DNA of 64,000 nucleotides from Escherichia coli (GCF_001677475.2 NZ_CP015229.1), one strand, 5' to 3'; positions 43,310 to 53,319 are shown, counted from the stretch's first letter. Notes: generated by a model from the sequence alone, not told the origin. Numbers and translations: made by a program.

Positions 43310-43519
43310 CCGCGATTTGCACAAAATGCTCATGTTGCGCGCAGTCTGCGTGGTTATGAGTAATAATTAGTGCAAAATGATTTGCGTTATTGGGGGGTAT
43401 GGCCTCAAAATAACGTAAAATCGTGGTAAGACCTGCCGGGATTTAGTTGCAAATTTTTCAACATTTTATACACTACGAAAACCATCGCGAAAGCGAGTTT
43501 TGATAGGAAATTTAAGAGT

Positions 43520-43756
43520 ATGAGCACTATCGAAGAACGCGTTAAGAAAATTATCGGCGAACAGCTGGGCGTTAAGCAGGAAGAAGTTACCAACAATGCT
43601 TCTTTCGTTGAAGACCTGGGCGCGGATTCTCTTGACACCGTTGAGCTGGTAATGGCTCTGGAAGAAGAGTTTGATACTGAGATTCCGGACGAAGAAGCTG
43701 AGAAAATCACCACCGTTCAGGCTGCCATTGATTACATCAACGGCCACCAGGCGTAA
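43520..43756 (+). CDS. acpP: Acyl carrier protein
   Basis: 78 aa; DSLD phosphopantetheine attachment motif. Confidence 0.98.
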
Positions 43757-43767
43757 GTGAACATCTC

Positions 43768-43805
43768 CAGGCGGTCGTTCGACCGCCTGAGTTTTATCTT
43801 TTTGT
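43768..43805 (+). terminator. Hairpin/partial terminator between acpP and fabF
   Basis: Inverted repeat caggcggtcg/cgaccgcctg followed by gttttatcttttt. Confidence 0.6.
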
Positions 43806-43813
43806 CCCACTAG

Positions 43814-45085
<1,272 letters not shown>

Positions 45086-45102
45086 TCCTTAAGTAGATAG
45101 TT

Positions 45103-45135
45103 AAAAAGCGAAACACAATGTGTTTCGCTTTTTTT
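45103..45135. terminator. Bidirectional rho-independent terminator shared by fabF and the convergent fimbrial operon
   Basis: aaaaa-gcgaaacac-aat-gtgtttcgc-ttttttt: perfect stem flanked by an A-run and a T-run. Confidence 0.8.
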
Positions 45136-45143
45136 ACGTCAAC

Positions 45144-45671
45144 TTATTGATAAGTAAACGTAAACTGCACAACAGTATGGAATTCACCTGCCGTGACCGT
45201 ACCGGTAGGTGTATACATCCGTGCAGCAAGTGGGAAGGTCGCTTTTCTACTGGCCTGGTCGACGTTTACCGTCATTTTACCATTCGGGCTAATTTCCGTT
45301 ATGTGGTCATCCGTCATAATCTGCAGCGCCATCCCGGTGGCATCCCCAAGTGTATTCGCGAACTTCGTCTGGTCAACAAGATCGCTTTCCCCGGTAAACA
45401 ACGCTGTAACACTGCTTGTTGATGCAGGGCAAGAAGATAAATTCAGACTAAAGTTCTGCCACTCACTGGTATGGCCGACCGTGTCGTAATTAACGGCTCG
45501 CGCCTGCTCAAACCTGACAGTTTGATCCTTCGTTTGTGTGTCTATGACACATGCTGATGCTACCACCGTGCCATTAATGTTAATATCAGCCGCTTGGGCA
45601 GAGTGAAATGCACATAAAGGCCAGAGCGTTACCAGTAAGGTAAAAATTGTGGCACTTCGTTGAGTAATCAT
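45144..45671 (-). CDS. Fimbrial minor subunit (FimA-family pilin), distal gene of the accessory operon
   Basis: 175 aa; signal peptide; Cys pair (ASACV...SSCP); C-terminal strand ...VQFTFTYQ typical of chaperone-usher pilins. Confidence 0.75.
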   Translation of the reverse strand: MITQRSATIFTLLVTLWPLCAFHSAQAADININGTVVASACVIDTQTKDQTVRFEQARAVNYDTVGHTSEWQNFSLNLSSCPASTSSVTALFTGESDLVDQTKFANTLGDATGMALQIMTDDHITEISPNGKMTVNVDQASRKATFPLAARMYTPTGTVTAGEFHTVVQFTFTYQ

Positions 45672-45685
45672 GGCGCTAGCACCTG

Positions 45686-46210
45686 TTACTGATAAGTAAA
45701 TGTTGCCTGAACCAGGCCGGTGATTGAACCAGGCATCACATTTCCTTTCGATACAGCCCGCGTACGAAGCTGAAGGTCATAGGCGTGAGAACCAGGAATA
45801 GGGGTATTATTGATTGATGAACCATTACCCAACGTTGTAGAACCATCCTGCGTAGTGAGCTCAAGAGAGAGGTTAGTTGCTGAACCAGTATTGGCGTAGT
45901 TTGTGGCAATATCACCGTCCGGCGTACCAGAGAAAGCGACGCTAAAGCTGGAGGTTGAGAGTGGGCAATTGGTTAATTGCAAAGAGAAGTCTTTCCAGGT
46001 GGATGCGCTTCCCGCAGCCGAAAGAGAATCCGCCTGAATATTATCGCCAATATTTACATTCACGGCACTATTCCCACCATTAACGACGCACGGAGATGCC
46101 AGTACTAATCCATTAATATTGATATCTACCGCATTAACGGAGGAAGCCCCCAGAAGACTGCTGGCGATAACAAATATTATAAACTTACGCTTCCATATTA
46201 TATTCATCAT
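45686..46210 (-). CDS. Fimbrial minor subunit (FimA-family pilin), paralogue of the distal gene
   Basis: 174 aa; signal peptide; shares VDININGLVLASPCVV motif with the 45144..45671 product; C-terminus ...VQATFTYQ. Confidence 0.75.
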   Translation of the reverse strand: MMNIIWKRKFIIFVIASSLLGASSVNAVDININGLVLASPCVVNGGNSAVNVNIGDNIQADSLSAAGSASTWKDFSLQLTNCPLSTSSFSVAFSGTPDGDIATNYANTGSATNLSLELTTQDGSTTLGNGSSINNTPIPGSHAYDLQLRTRAVSKGNVMPGSITGLVQATFTYQ

Positions 46211-46216
46211 TTTTCC

Positions 46217-47212
46217 TTAATTATATTGTACAGTAAATTGCAATGCGGATTTTACCTCGCCGGTGGTTATGTTATTAACATCGTCAATGTAATAAGCTAC
46301 TTTATATTCGGGTATTGTATAATCACCTGAGCCGATATAATTCAATGCAAAGTTATTGTTAAACTGATCGAATCCGCTTCCATCGGGGTTTTGAAATTGC
46401 ACATATACGCCTTGCGCATAACCGGTTCCGGTCTCACCGTTCATCACGCCATCCACCGAGCCGTGAGTTCCGTATAAGGCGCTAAATTTGTAAGAGATAC
46501 CCGTAATTGCGCCCGGACAATTTGTTAATGTTATTGTAGGTATTGGCGTAGCCAGTTGTGCCCCACTAACTGCATTACCGCCATAAAGTGTTGTAAGGTT
46601 CACTTCTTTTGGAGCATTTATTATGCATGGCGTCATGGTAGGCTGCGAAGAAACTCCTGAGCGTGCAAGAAATGATTTATCCGAATAAGTGCTTCCCGGC
46701 GGGTTGTGATAATTTAATGTGACGTCAGGAACAGTGACAAGAGGTCCTGGCGGTATCTGCTCTGTAAGACGAACTAATTCATACTTGATGTGTAGGTAAC
46801 CACTCTTGCTTAAACCTTCCGGGAAAGTCAGCGTGTGAGGTGCTGCTTTCGCCAAATTTGGTGTGGTATCTGTTGGGGTTGAAAAATTGAGTTGATATGC
46901 AATGCCAATACCTGGATTGCTAGTTTGATATATGGTTGCTCCGTCGCCCGTTGTTCCGACCACCGTCCCATTTACTGTAAGATCGGCATATGCACTGCCA
47001 GAACCTCCGGACGCGATATTGATCCAATAAAATTTATTCCAGTCATCAAACCAGGTTGTTCCACCTACACTCGTTGGTATGCTCCACGTTGAAAAATCAT
47101 GAGGGTAAGTGACTACCTGTGCAGTATCAGTCTGAAATTGCGATGCTGTTGTTGTTAACGGCAGTGATGCAATGCCTGAGATAAGAAAGATGATTACCCT
47201 TTGTTTATTCAT
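46217..47212 (-). CDS. Putative fimbrial tip adhesin (N-terminal receptor-binding domain plus C-terminal pilin domain)
   Basis: ORF 46217..47257; start set at MNKQRVIIFLISGIASLPL (RBS gagga upstream); about 331 aa, twice pilin length; C-terminal half has pilin Cys pair (CIINAPK...TNCPG) and terminal ...LQFTVQYN; sits directly after the usher gene. Confidence 0.65.
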   Translation of the reverse strand: MNKQRVIIFLISGIASLPLTTTASQFQTDTAQVVTYPHDFSTWSIPTSVGGTTWFDDWNKFYWINIASGGSGSAYADLTVNGTVVGTTGDGATIYQTSNPGIGIAYQLNFSTPTDTTPNLAKAAPHTLTFPEGLSKSGYLHIKYELVRLTEQIPPGPLVTVPDVTLNYHNPPGSTYSDKSFLARSGVSSQPTMTPCIINAPKEVNLTTLYGGNAVSGAQLATPIPTITLTNCPGAITGISYKFSALYGTHGSVDGVMNGETGTGYAQGVYVQFQNPDGSGFDQFNNNFALNYIGSGDYTIPEYKVAYYIDDVNNITTGEVKSALQFTVQYN

Positions 47213-47240
47213 AGCATTGTTTCCTCTTTTCTGGCTCAAT

Positions 47241-49814
47241 TTATTCGCACCTTCCATGGTTCTCTAATACACTATTTGTCGATTGCTGTTGAGTGACATT
47301 GAATTCAACCCGGCAATTTTGGTGCGCATTGTTTCCCCATTTAACGGCGAGTACACCACTGTCCGGCATACCTGTCATATAGACTTGTCCGTTATCGCCG
47401 ACGATAAAGCTGTTTGCATTTTCACTGTTAAGCAGAGTGACAATGGCTCCGAAAGGTATCGCTTCTCCCGATGGTTTATCCAGCATCATTAATACACGAT
47501 TACCTATGCGAATATTAAAGTTTGCTCGCGCAATAGCGCCACGTGTTGGCGTTACGGTACGTGAGGAGAGCTCAACATCTGCATTTTCAGGTAATGCTTC
47601 AGTGTTAAGTGAAATAGTGTTTTCACGATAGGGGCTGATATAAGGAACGATCGTGTAGCCACGAAAGTCGGTGTTTACACCGGTCTGGTTACTGATATTT
47701 ACACCGCTGGCACCTGGCGCTTCAACCAGTGCAGTGGTTTCTCCCAGGGACTGGCTTAGTGTGATGCCATTGGCATGAACAACAATACCCCCATCAATAC
47801 CATAGTTCACCCGGTGCTGGTTCTGGTCATAACTGTACGCAGCATTGACGCGACCATAGGTTCCCTGATAGTCCAGGCTGGCATAACCGCCATTACCTAC
47901 ACCGTGATCCGTTTCACTTTCCTGAATATTCCAGTTGAGGTTCTGATCGTCAAGCGCAGAACCATTCAGGCCTACAGAATGACTGGTATCGCCGTGTTTA
48001 CTGGTATTCAGACTGTAGCTCGCCCAACTGTTATTCAACCAGCGATTTAATGGAATATTGATATTAAATGAGAAAATCTGATCGCTATTGTAGTACTTAT
48101 TACGCGTTGTATTATTGTCGCGGTAATTACTATTGTCGTTGGTATTACGGTTATAACTGTAATTCAGGCTGTAAGTCATGCCGCTCCAGCTATTACTGTA
48201 GCCAACGCCAACAGAACGCATTTGTCGATCGCTGTTCCAGTAATCTTCGCTAATGGCATTAAGCGATACTGAACCAGCATTCTGTCCAAGATTTTGGTTA
48301 AGCAGGAACTCCGCTCGATTACGCCGCCGTTCTGGCATGTTTTGATTATTTTCACGCCAGGTGTCGAGCGTTTCTTGTAGTGAATAATAACCCGATGTGG
48401 AATAGCGGTAGCCCGCGATAGAAACGTTAGTCCCGGTGGCGAGAATGTTTTTACTATAGCGTACCCGTACTGACTGACCGCTGGTTTTCTCTTGTTCCTG
48501 CTGTTGGGACCAGGCCTGGGCGGTATCGATAGATAAGGCGCCCATTTCACCCAGGTTTTTACCCATACCGAAAATTAATGATTGATAATGTTGCGAGAAT
48601 TGCCCACCGCCATATAAGGTAAATCCAACGGGCAGGCCATATATGGCAGTTGCTTGCGTGAAATACTCTTTATCAACACGACTGTCATAAGAGCGGTATT
48701 TCCCGCTGGTCACGCTATATTTCAGGCGGCCTTCACGTTGCAACACGGGGAGCGATGCAAAGGGAACAACCTGGTGCTGTTCACTGCCATCCGCTTCTTT
48801 AACCGTTACGTCCAGATCGCCGCTACTTCCGGTCGGATACATATCCGTGATTTCAAATGCGCCTGGCGAAACATAAGTTTGATAAATGGTATAACCATTT
48901 TGTTTAACAATAACCTGCGCATTGGTTCTGGCGATTCCGCGTACAACAGGTGCATAACCACGCATACTGTCAGGTAACATATCGTCATCAGAAGCTAGCT
49001 GCACACCGCGAAACGGAACGCTATCAAACATATCTGACGGAGAAGAGCTTTCTCCAAGCGTGAGCTGGCTCTTGAGCGAAATGATATTTCGCTGGGCATA
49101 GGTATACAGAGAATCCCAGTTGTTCTGGGTATCACTACCAAAAGTGTTACGACTCCAGGTACTGTAATTACGTAAGCGCCATGGCCCGATATTTAATCCA
49201 GGAAGGAGATTAAGATAATAGCTGTCAGAATCAGATGAATTGCTATCACGCGATTTTGTATTAGCACCGGTGAAATTGTAGTTCAGCAGTAACGCATTTA
49301 TTCCTTCATCCAGATTTTCAGGCGCCACGTATCCACGCGGTTTCGCTTCGACTGCCGCTTGAGGTATTTCCACCATTAGCTGCTGACGGTTAAAAATGAG
49401 TTTTGCCGAGGCCATCGGAATTGCCGCGAGATTGGCGCAGCCTTCATTATTGATCAGTTGCGGGAATAACTCGGTACGAACACCAAATTGCTTTAATTTT
49501 TCCACCGATATACACGGTTGCAATATGTTCTGACCCTGAAGGTCTTTCTGCATACTGAAAGTAATATCGTGTGTACCCAGCGACATTTTGTTTAGGTAAA
49601 CGTCAACACGATAGGTTCCAGGAATCTGACCGACACCCTCTTCAAAAGCGCTAAGATCTGAAATACCTGAGCCAGGGCCGTCGATTCCCAGTAATGCGGG
49701 GTTAAAATATTCGCGTGCATATGCCGATGAGGCGAGAGACAGGGCGCATTGCAGAGCAACGAAACAGGCAATTTTGTTCCGTATCATTTTCTTTTTATTG
49801 ATTCTTGAACTCAT
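47241..49814 (-). CDS. Fimbrial outer-membrane usher protein (FimD/PapC family)
   Basis: 857 aa; N-terminus ...REYFNPALLGIDGPGSGISDLSAFEEGVGQIPGTYRVDVYLN resembles FimD; aagga RBS before ATG at 49814. Confidence 0.9.
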   Translation of the reverse strand: MSSRINKKKMIRNKIACFVALQCALSLASSAYAREYFNPALLGIDGPGSGISDLSAFEEGVGQIPGTYRVDVYLNKMSLGTHDITFSMQKDLQGQNILQPCISVEKLKQFGVRTELFPQLINNEGCANLAAIPMASAKLIFNRQQLMVEIPQAAVEAKPRGYVAPENLDEGINALLLNYNFTGANTKSRDSNSSDSDSYYLNLLPGLNIGPWRLRNYSTWSRNTFGSDTQNNWDSLYTYAQRNIISLKSQLTLGESSSPSDMFDSVPFRGVQLASDDDMLPDSMRGYAPVVRGIARTNAQVIVKQNGYTIYQTYVSPGAFEITDMYPTGSSGDLDVTVKEADGSEQHQVVPFASLPVLQREGRLKYSVTSGKYRSYDSRVDKEYFTQATAIYGLPVGFTLYGGGQFSQHYQSLIFGMGKNLGEMGALSIDTAQAWSQQQEQEKTSGQSVRVRYSKNILATGTNVSIAGYRYSTSGYYSLQETLDTWRENNQNMPERRRNRAEFLLNQNLGQNAGSVSLNAISEDYWNSDRQMRSVGVGYSNSWSGMTYSLNYSYNRNTNDNSNYRDNNTTRNKYYNSDQIFSFNINIPLNRWLNNSWASYSLNTSKHGDTSHSVGLNGSALDDQNLNWNIQESETDHGVGNGGYASLDYQGTYGRVNAAYSYDQNQHRVNYGIDGGIVVHANGITLSQSLGETTALVEAPGASGVNISNQTGVNTDFRGYTIVPYISPYRENTISLNTEALPENADVELSSRTVTPTRGAIARANFNIRIGNRVLMMLDKPSGEAIPFGAIVTLLNSENANSFIVGDNGQVYMTGMPDSGVLAVKWGNNAHQNCRVEFNVTQQQSTNSVLENHGRCE

Positions 49815-49843
49815 TACACATCCTTATGCAGTTAAATGGCGTC

Positions 49844-50521
49844 TTACAAAGAAGCGTTGTGTACGTCGCCTGCTGCACCGTAATCACTGATGATTGTCCA
49901 GCTTACATTTCCTGTTGTGTTGGCTGGAATTTGAAATGTCGCACTACTCATAGGAGCAACATATGTGGCATCAGGTAATGCTTTTCCGCCAATCTTGACC
50001 TGACTGAAGTTCATATAGTAAGCAGTTGGGTTGGTGACAGTGATTTGCTGTCCGCTACGTCGCCAGGTCAAATTTTTCACGACTTGTTCTGGTAATGTGG
50101 ACGAAATCTCATGTGGTCGATAAATCAATTTAATTCGCGTTTTAATGGCAATTTGCAAGGTGTTGACATTTTCCTGCTTTTCAGTTGCAGGTATCGTTTT
50201 AATATTCATCCAGTACATCGTTTCGCGATCTGTCGGCAGATTGCCGCCAGCGCGAATAATGCGCAACGCATTTTCTTCAGTGGCGCCCAGGCGGAACAGA
50301 GGGGGGGTAATAATAAAAGGGGCTTTGGCGTTGGTTTGCGGATCTCCATCGACCCATGATTGAATAAGGTAGGAGGATTTATCCGGATTTTTCAGGTGCA
50401 GAGACGTTTCTTTTTTATCGCCATTATAAATAACTCGTGTTCCTCCAACAATGACACCCGCCTGTGCAACAGAGTTGGATAATAACAATGCAGTAGCAAG
50501 AAAATAAGTCGATAATTTCAT
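49844..50521 (-). CDS. Periplasmic fimbrial chaperone (PapD/FimC family)
   Basis: 225 aa; signal peptide; conserved GTRVIY and YLIQSWV motifs. Confidence 0.9.
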   Translation of the reverse strand: MKLSTYFLATALLLSNSVAQAGVIVGGTRVIYNGDKKETSLHLKNPDKSSYLIQSWVDGDPQTNAKAPFIITPPLFRLGATEENALRIIRAGGNLPTDRETMYWMNIKTIPATEKQENVNTLQIAIKTRIKLIYRPHEISSTLPEQVVKNLTWRRSGQQITVTNPTAYYMNFSQVKIGGKALPDATYVAPMSSATFQIPANTTGNVSWTIISDYGAAGDVHNASL

Positions 50522-50537
50522 CTCAAAAACCTTTAAA

Positions 50538-50564
50538 AGGTAAAACCGAGTAACTCGGTTTTAC
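50538..50564 (-). terminator. Intra-operon stem-loop (likely attenuator) between major pilin and chaperone genes
   Basis: Perfect inverted repeat ggtaaaaccgag-taa-ctcggttttacc followed on the minus strand by ttttaaaggttttt. Confidence 0.55.
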
Positions 50565-50595
50565 CTGACGTAATTATATTAAAATCAGGCGTATC

Positions 50596-51129
50596 TTAGT
50601 TATACGCTAACGTAAAGTTCACAGTACCATTTGCACTACCAACCGCTATGGTATCTTCTGTAGCGATATAACGTGCAAAGAAGTCCAGGTTAGTGTCGCC
50701 AGTGCTATTGAGAGCCGTGCTATCAGATTCAGTACCGAGAGGCAGCACACTACCGGAAGAATTCATGAGCTGAATTGCAACACCTTTTGCTACACCGGTT
50801 GTACCGTAATCAGTAACTTGTAAAGCATCCTGATTGATCTGATCCGGAGTACCATCGTATTTAACAGCAACATTTTTGAGCTCATTCGGGCAATTTTTTA
50901 ATACCAGTGTAAATTTGGTATTTGCAGCAGTAGTCCCAGCCGTAGCGTTAAAAGCTGTTTTAGCAATTGTGCCTAATTTCACTGTCATTGGAGATGACAG
51001 CGTACTGTTAACTTCACAGCCTGATTCAATGATATCTCCAATAAAATTTATTTTACCATCATCTGCAGAGGCGACAGAGCTAAGACCAGCGGTTGTTACT
51101 AAAACCAGAGCGGCTAGTTTGAATTTCAT
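50596..51129 (-). CDS. Major fimbrial subunit (FimA-family pilin)
   Basis: 177 aa; signal peptide MKFKLAALVLVTTAGLSSVASA; Cys pair (SGCEV...KNCPN); C-terminal ...VNFTLAYN; first gene of operon with aagga RBS. Confidence 0.8.
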   Translation of the reverse strand: MKFKLAALVLVTTAGLSSVASADDGKINFIGDIIESGCEVNSTLSSPMTVKLGTIAKTAFNATAGTTAANTKFTLVLKNCPNELKNVAVKYDGTPDQINQDALQVTDYGTTGVAKGVAIQLMNSSGSVLPLGTESDSTALNSTGDTNLDFFARYIATEDTIAVGSANGTVNFTLAYN

Positions 51130-51484
51130 TTACATTATCCTTGAGATTGCAGCAAATATGCTTACTTTGACAGTACTAAGGCACTGCCATCACTCCAGTG
51201 AATTTTAAATTCCTCAGGAAAAAATATAATATTAAAGCACGAAACGTTAAACACCTTATTTTTACTTAAATATGTTTTTAGGCATACTTAATTGATTCGT
51301 ATTGCGTATGATTGGTGGTGAAGTTTGTGAGGATTGCTGGGGGGGTGTACAATCATATTGATGATTTAAATGTGTGCTGTTGTATAAATATCTTTGGGCA
51401 ATCAAAAAGAGGCCAGTGAACAGATAAATTTGAACATAGAAGCTAAAATAATTTACTGTATTTCTTTGTTTATTGGGGAAGTGA
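51130..51484. promoter_or_regulatory. AT-rich divergent control region between the fimbrial operon and pabC
   Basis: 355-bp AT-rich intergenic region upstream of both divergent transcription units; contains a G7 tract at 51339..51345; no promoter motif confirmed. Confidence 0.45.
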
Positions 51485-52294
51485 ATGTTTTTAATTAATG
51501 GAAAATGTAACGATGAGTTACCGGCTTGTGACAGGAGCATACAGTTCGGTGATGGATGTTTTACAACGGCTGTGATAAACCGTGGGCAGGTAGTACTCTT
51601 GACCGCGCATTTAACACGTTTACGTGAAGCCTGCTCCCGTTTAAGCATTCCTTATTCCGACTGGTCTATACTGGAAGATGAGATGCAAAGTCTGGCACGA
51701 CAAGCTGAGCGTGGCGTTTTAAAAGTTATTATCACTCGCGGCAGCGGTGGTCGAGGATATAGCATCGCCCACTGCGAATCGCCTGGGCGCATTTTATCTG
51801 TCTCCCCCTTTCCTGAACATTACACCCGCTGGCGGCGGGAAGGTATTACTCTGGCGCTAAGTCCAGTACGCCTTGGACGTAATCCTTATCTCGCAGGAAT
51901 TAAACATCTTAATCGGCTTGAGCAAGTATTGATCCGCTCTCATCTTGAGCAGACAAACGCTGATGAGGCGCTGGTCCTTGACAGCGAAGGGTGGGTTACG
52001 GAATGCTGTGCGGCTAATTTGTTCTGGCGGAAGGGCAACGTAGTTTATACGCCGCGACTGGATCAGGCAGGTGTTAACGGCATTATGCGACAATTCTGTA
52101 TCCGTTTACTGGCACAATCCTCTTATCAGCTTGTCGAAGTACAAGCCTCGCTGGAGGAGGTGATGCAGGCAGATGAGATGGTAGTCTGTAATGCGTTGAT
52201 GCCAGTGATTCCCGTGCGTGCCTGTGGCGAAGCCTCCTTTTCGTCAACAACGCTATATGAATATTTAGCCCCACTTTGTGAGCACCCGAATTAG
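51485..52294 (+). CDS. pabC: Aminodeoxychorismate lyase PabC
   Basis: 269 aa; class IV aminotransferase fold; followed by mltG as in E. coli. Confidence 0.9.
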   Translation: MFLINGKCNDELPACDRSIQFGDGCFTTAVINRGQVVLLTAHLTRLREACSRLSIPYSDWSILEDEMQSLARQAERGVLKVIITRGSGGRGYSIAHCESPGRILSVSPFPEHYTRWRREGITLALSPVRLGRNPYLAGIKHLNRLEQVLIRSHLEQTNADEALVLDSEGWVTECCAANLFWRKGNVVYTPRLDQAGVNGIMRQFCIRLLAQSSYQLVEVQASLEEVMQADEMVVCNALMPVIPVRACGEASFSSTTLYEYLAPLCEHPN

Positions 52295-52296
52295 TC

Positions 52297-53319
52297 ATGA
52301 AAAAAGTGTTTTTGATTATCTTGTTATTGCTGGTGGTACTGGGTATCGCCGCTGGTGTGGGCGTCTGGAAGGTTCGCCATCTTGCCGACAGCAAATTGCT
52401 TATCAAAGAAGAGACAATATTTACCCTGAAGCCAGGGACCGGACGTCTGGCGCTCGGTGAACAGCTTTATGCCGATAAGATCATCAATCGTCCACGGGTT
52501 TTTCAATGGCTGCTGCGTATCGAACCGGATCTTTCTCACTTTAAAGCCGGGACTTACCGCTTTACACCGCAGATGACCGTGCGCGAGATGCTGAAATTGC
52601 TGGAAAGCGGTAAAGAAGCACAGTTCCCTCTGCGACTGGTAGAAGGGATGCGTCTGAGCGATTACCTCAAGCAATTGCGTGAGGCCCCGTATATCAAGCA
52701 TACGCTGAGCGACGATAAGTACGCCACCGTAGCGCAGGCACTTGAACTGGAAAACCCGGAGTGGATTGAAGGTTGGTTCTGGCCAGATACCTGGATGTAT
52801 ACCGCCAATACCACCGATGTCGCGTTACTCAAGCGAGCGCACAAGAAAATGGTGAAAGCGGTCGATAGCGCCTGGGAAGGGCGTGCGGACGGTCTACCTT
52901 ATAAAGATAAAAACCAGCTGGTGACGATGGCATCAATTATCGAAAAAGAAACCGCCGTTGCCAGTGAACGCGATCAGGTTGCCTCGGTATTTATCAACCG
53001 TTTACGCATTGGTATGCGCCTGCAGACCGACCCAGCCGTGATTTACGGGATGGGAGAGCGTTATAATGGCAAACTTTCTCGTGCAGACCTGGAAACGCCG
53101 ACAGCGTATAACACCTATACCATTACCGGTTTGCCGCCAGGTGCGATAGCTACGCCGGGGGCGGATTCGCTGAAGGCTGCTGCGCATCCGGCAAAAACGC
53201 CGTATCTCTATTTTGTGGCCGATGGTAAAGGTGGTCACACGTTTAATACCAATCTTGCCAGTCATAACAAGTCTGTGCAGGATTATCTGAAAGTGCTTAA
53301 GGAAAAAAATGCGCAGTAA
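52297..53319 (+). CDS. mltG: Endolytic murein transglycosylase MltG (YceG)
   Basis: 340 aa; N-terminal TM anchor plus YceG domain. Confidence 0.93.
   Translation: MKKVFLIILLLLVVLGIAAGVGVWKVRHLADSKLLIKEETIFTLKPGTGRLALGEQLYADKIINRPRVFQWLLRIEPDLSHFKAGTYRFTPQMTVREMLKLLESGKEAQFPLRLVEGMRLSDYLKQLREAPYIKHTLSDDKYATVAQALELENPEWIEGWFWPDTWMYTANTTDVALLKRAHKKMVKAVDSAWEGRADGLPYKDKNQLVTMASIIEKETAVASERDQVASVFINRLRIGMRLQTDPAVIYGMGERYNGKLSRADLETPTAYNTYTITGLPPGAIATPGADSLKAAAHPAKTPYLYFVADGKGGHTFNTNLASHNKSVQDYLKVLKEKNAQ

Noticed and set aside
51262-51648. 128-aa minus-strand ORF spanning the fimbrial control region and the pabC start
   Set aside because: Overlaps the pabC start; AT-rich with no RBS; no similarity to fimbrial regulators such as PapB/FimB-like proteins noticed by eye.
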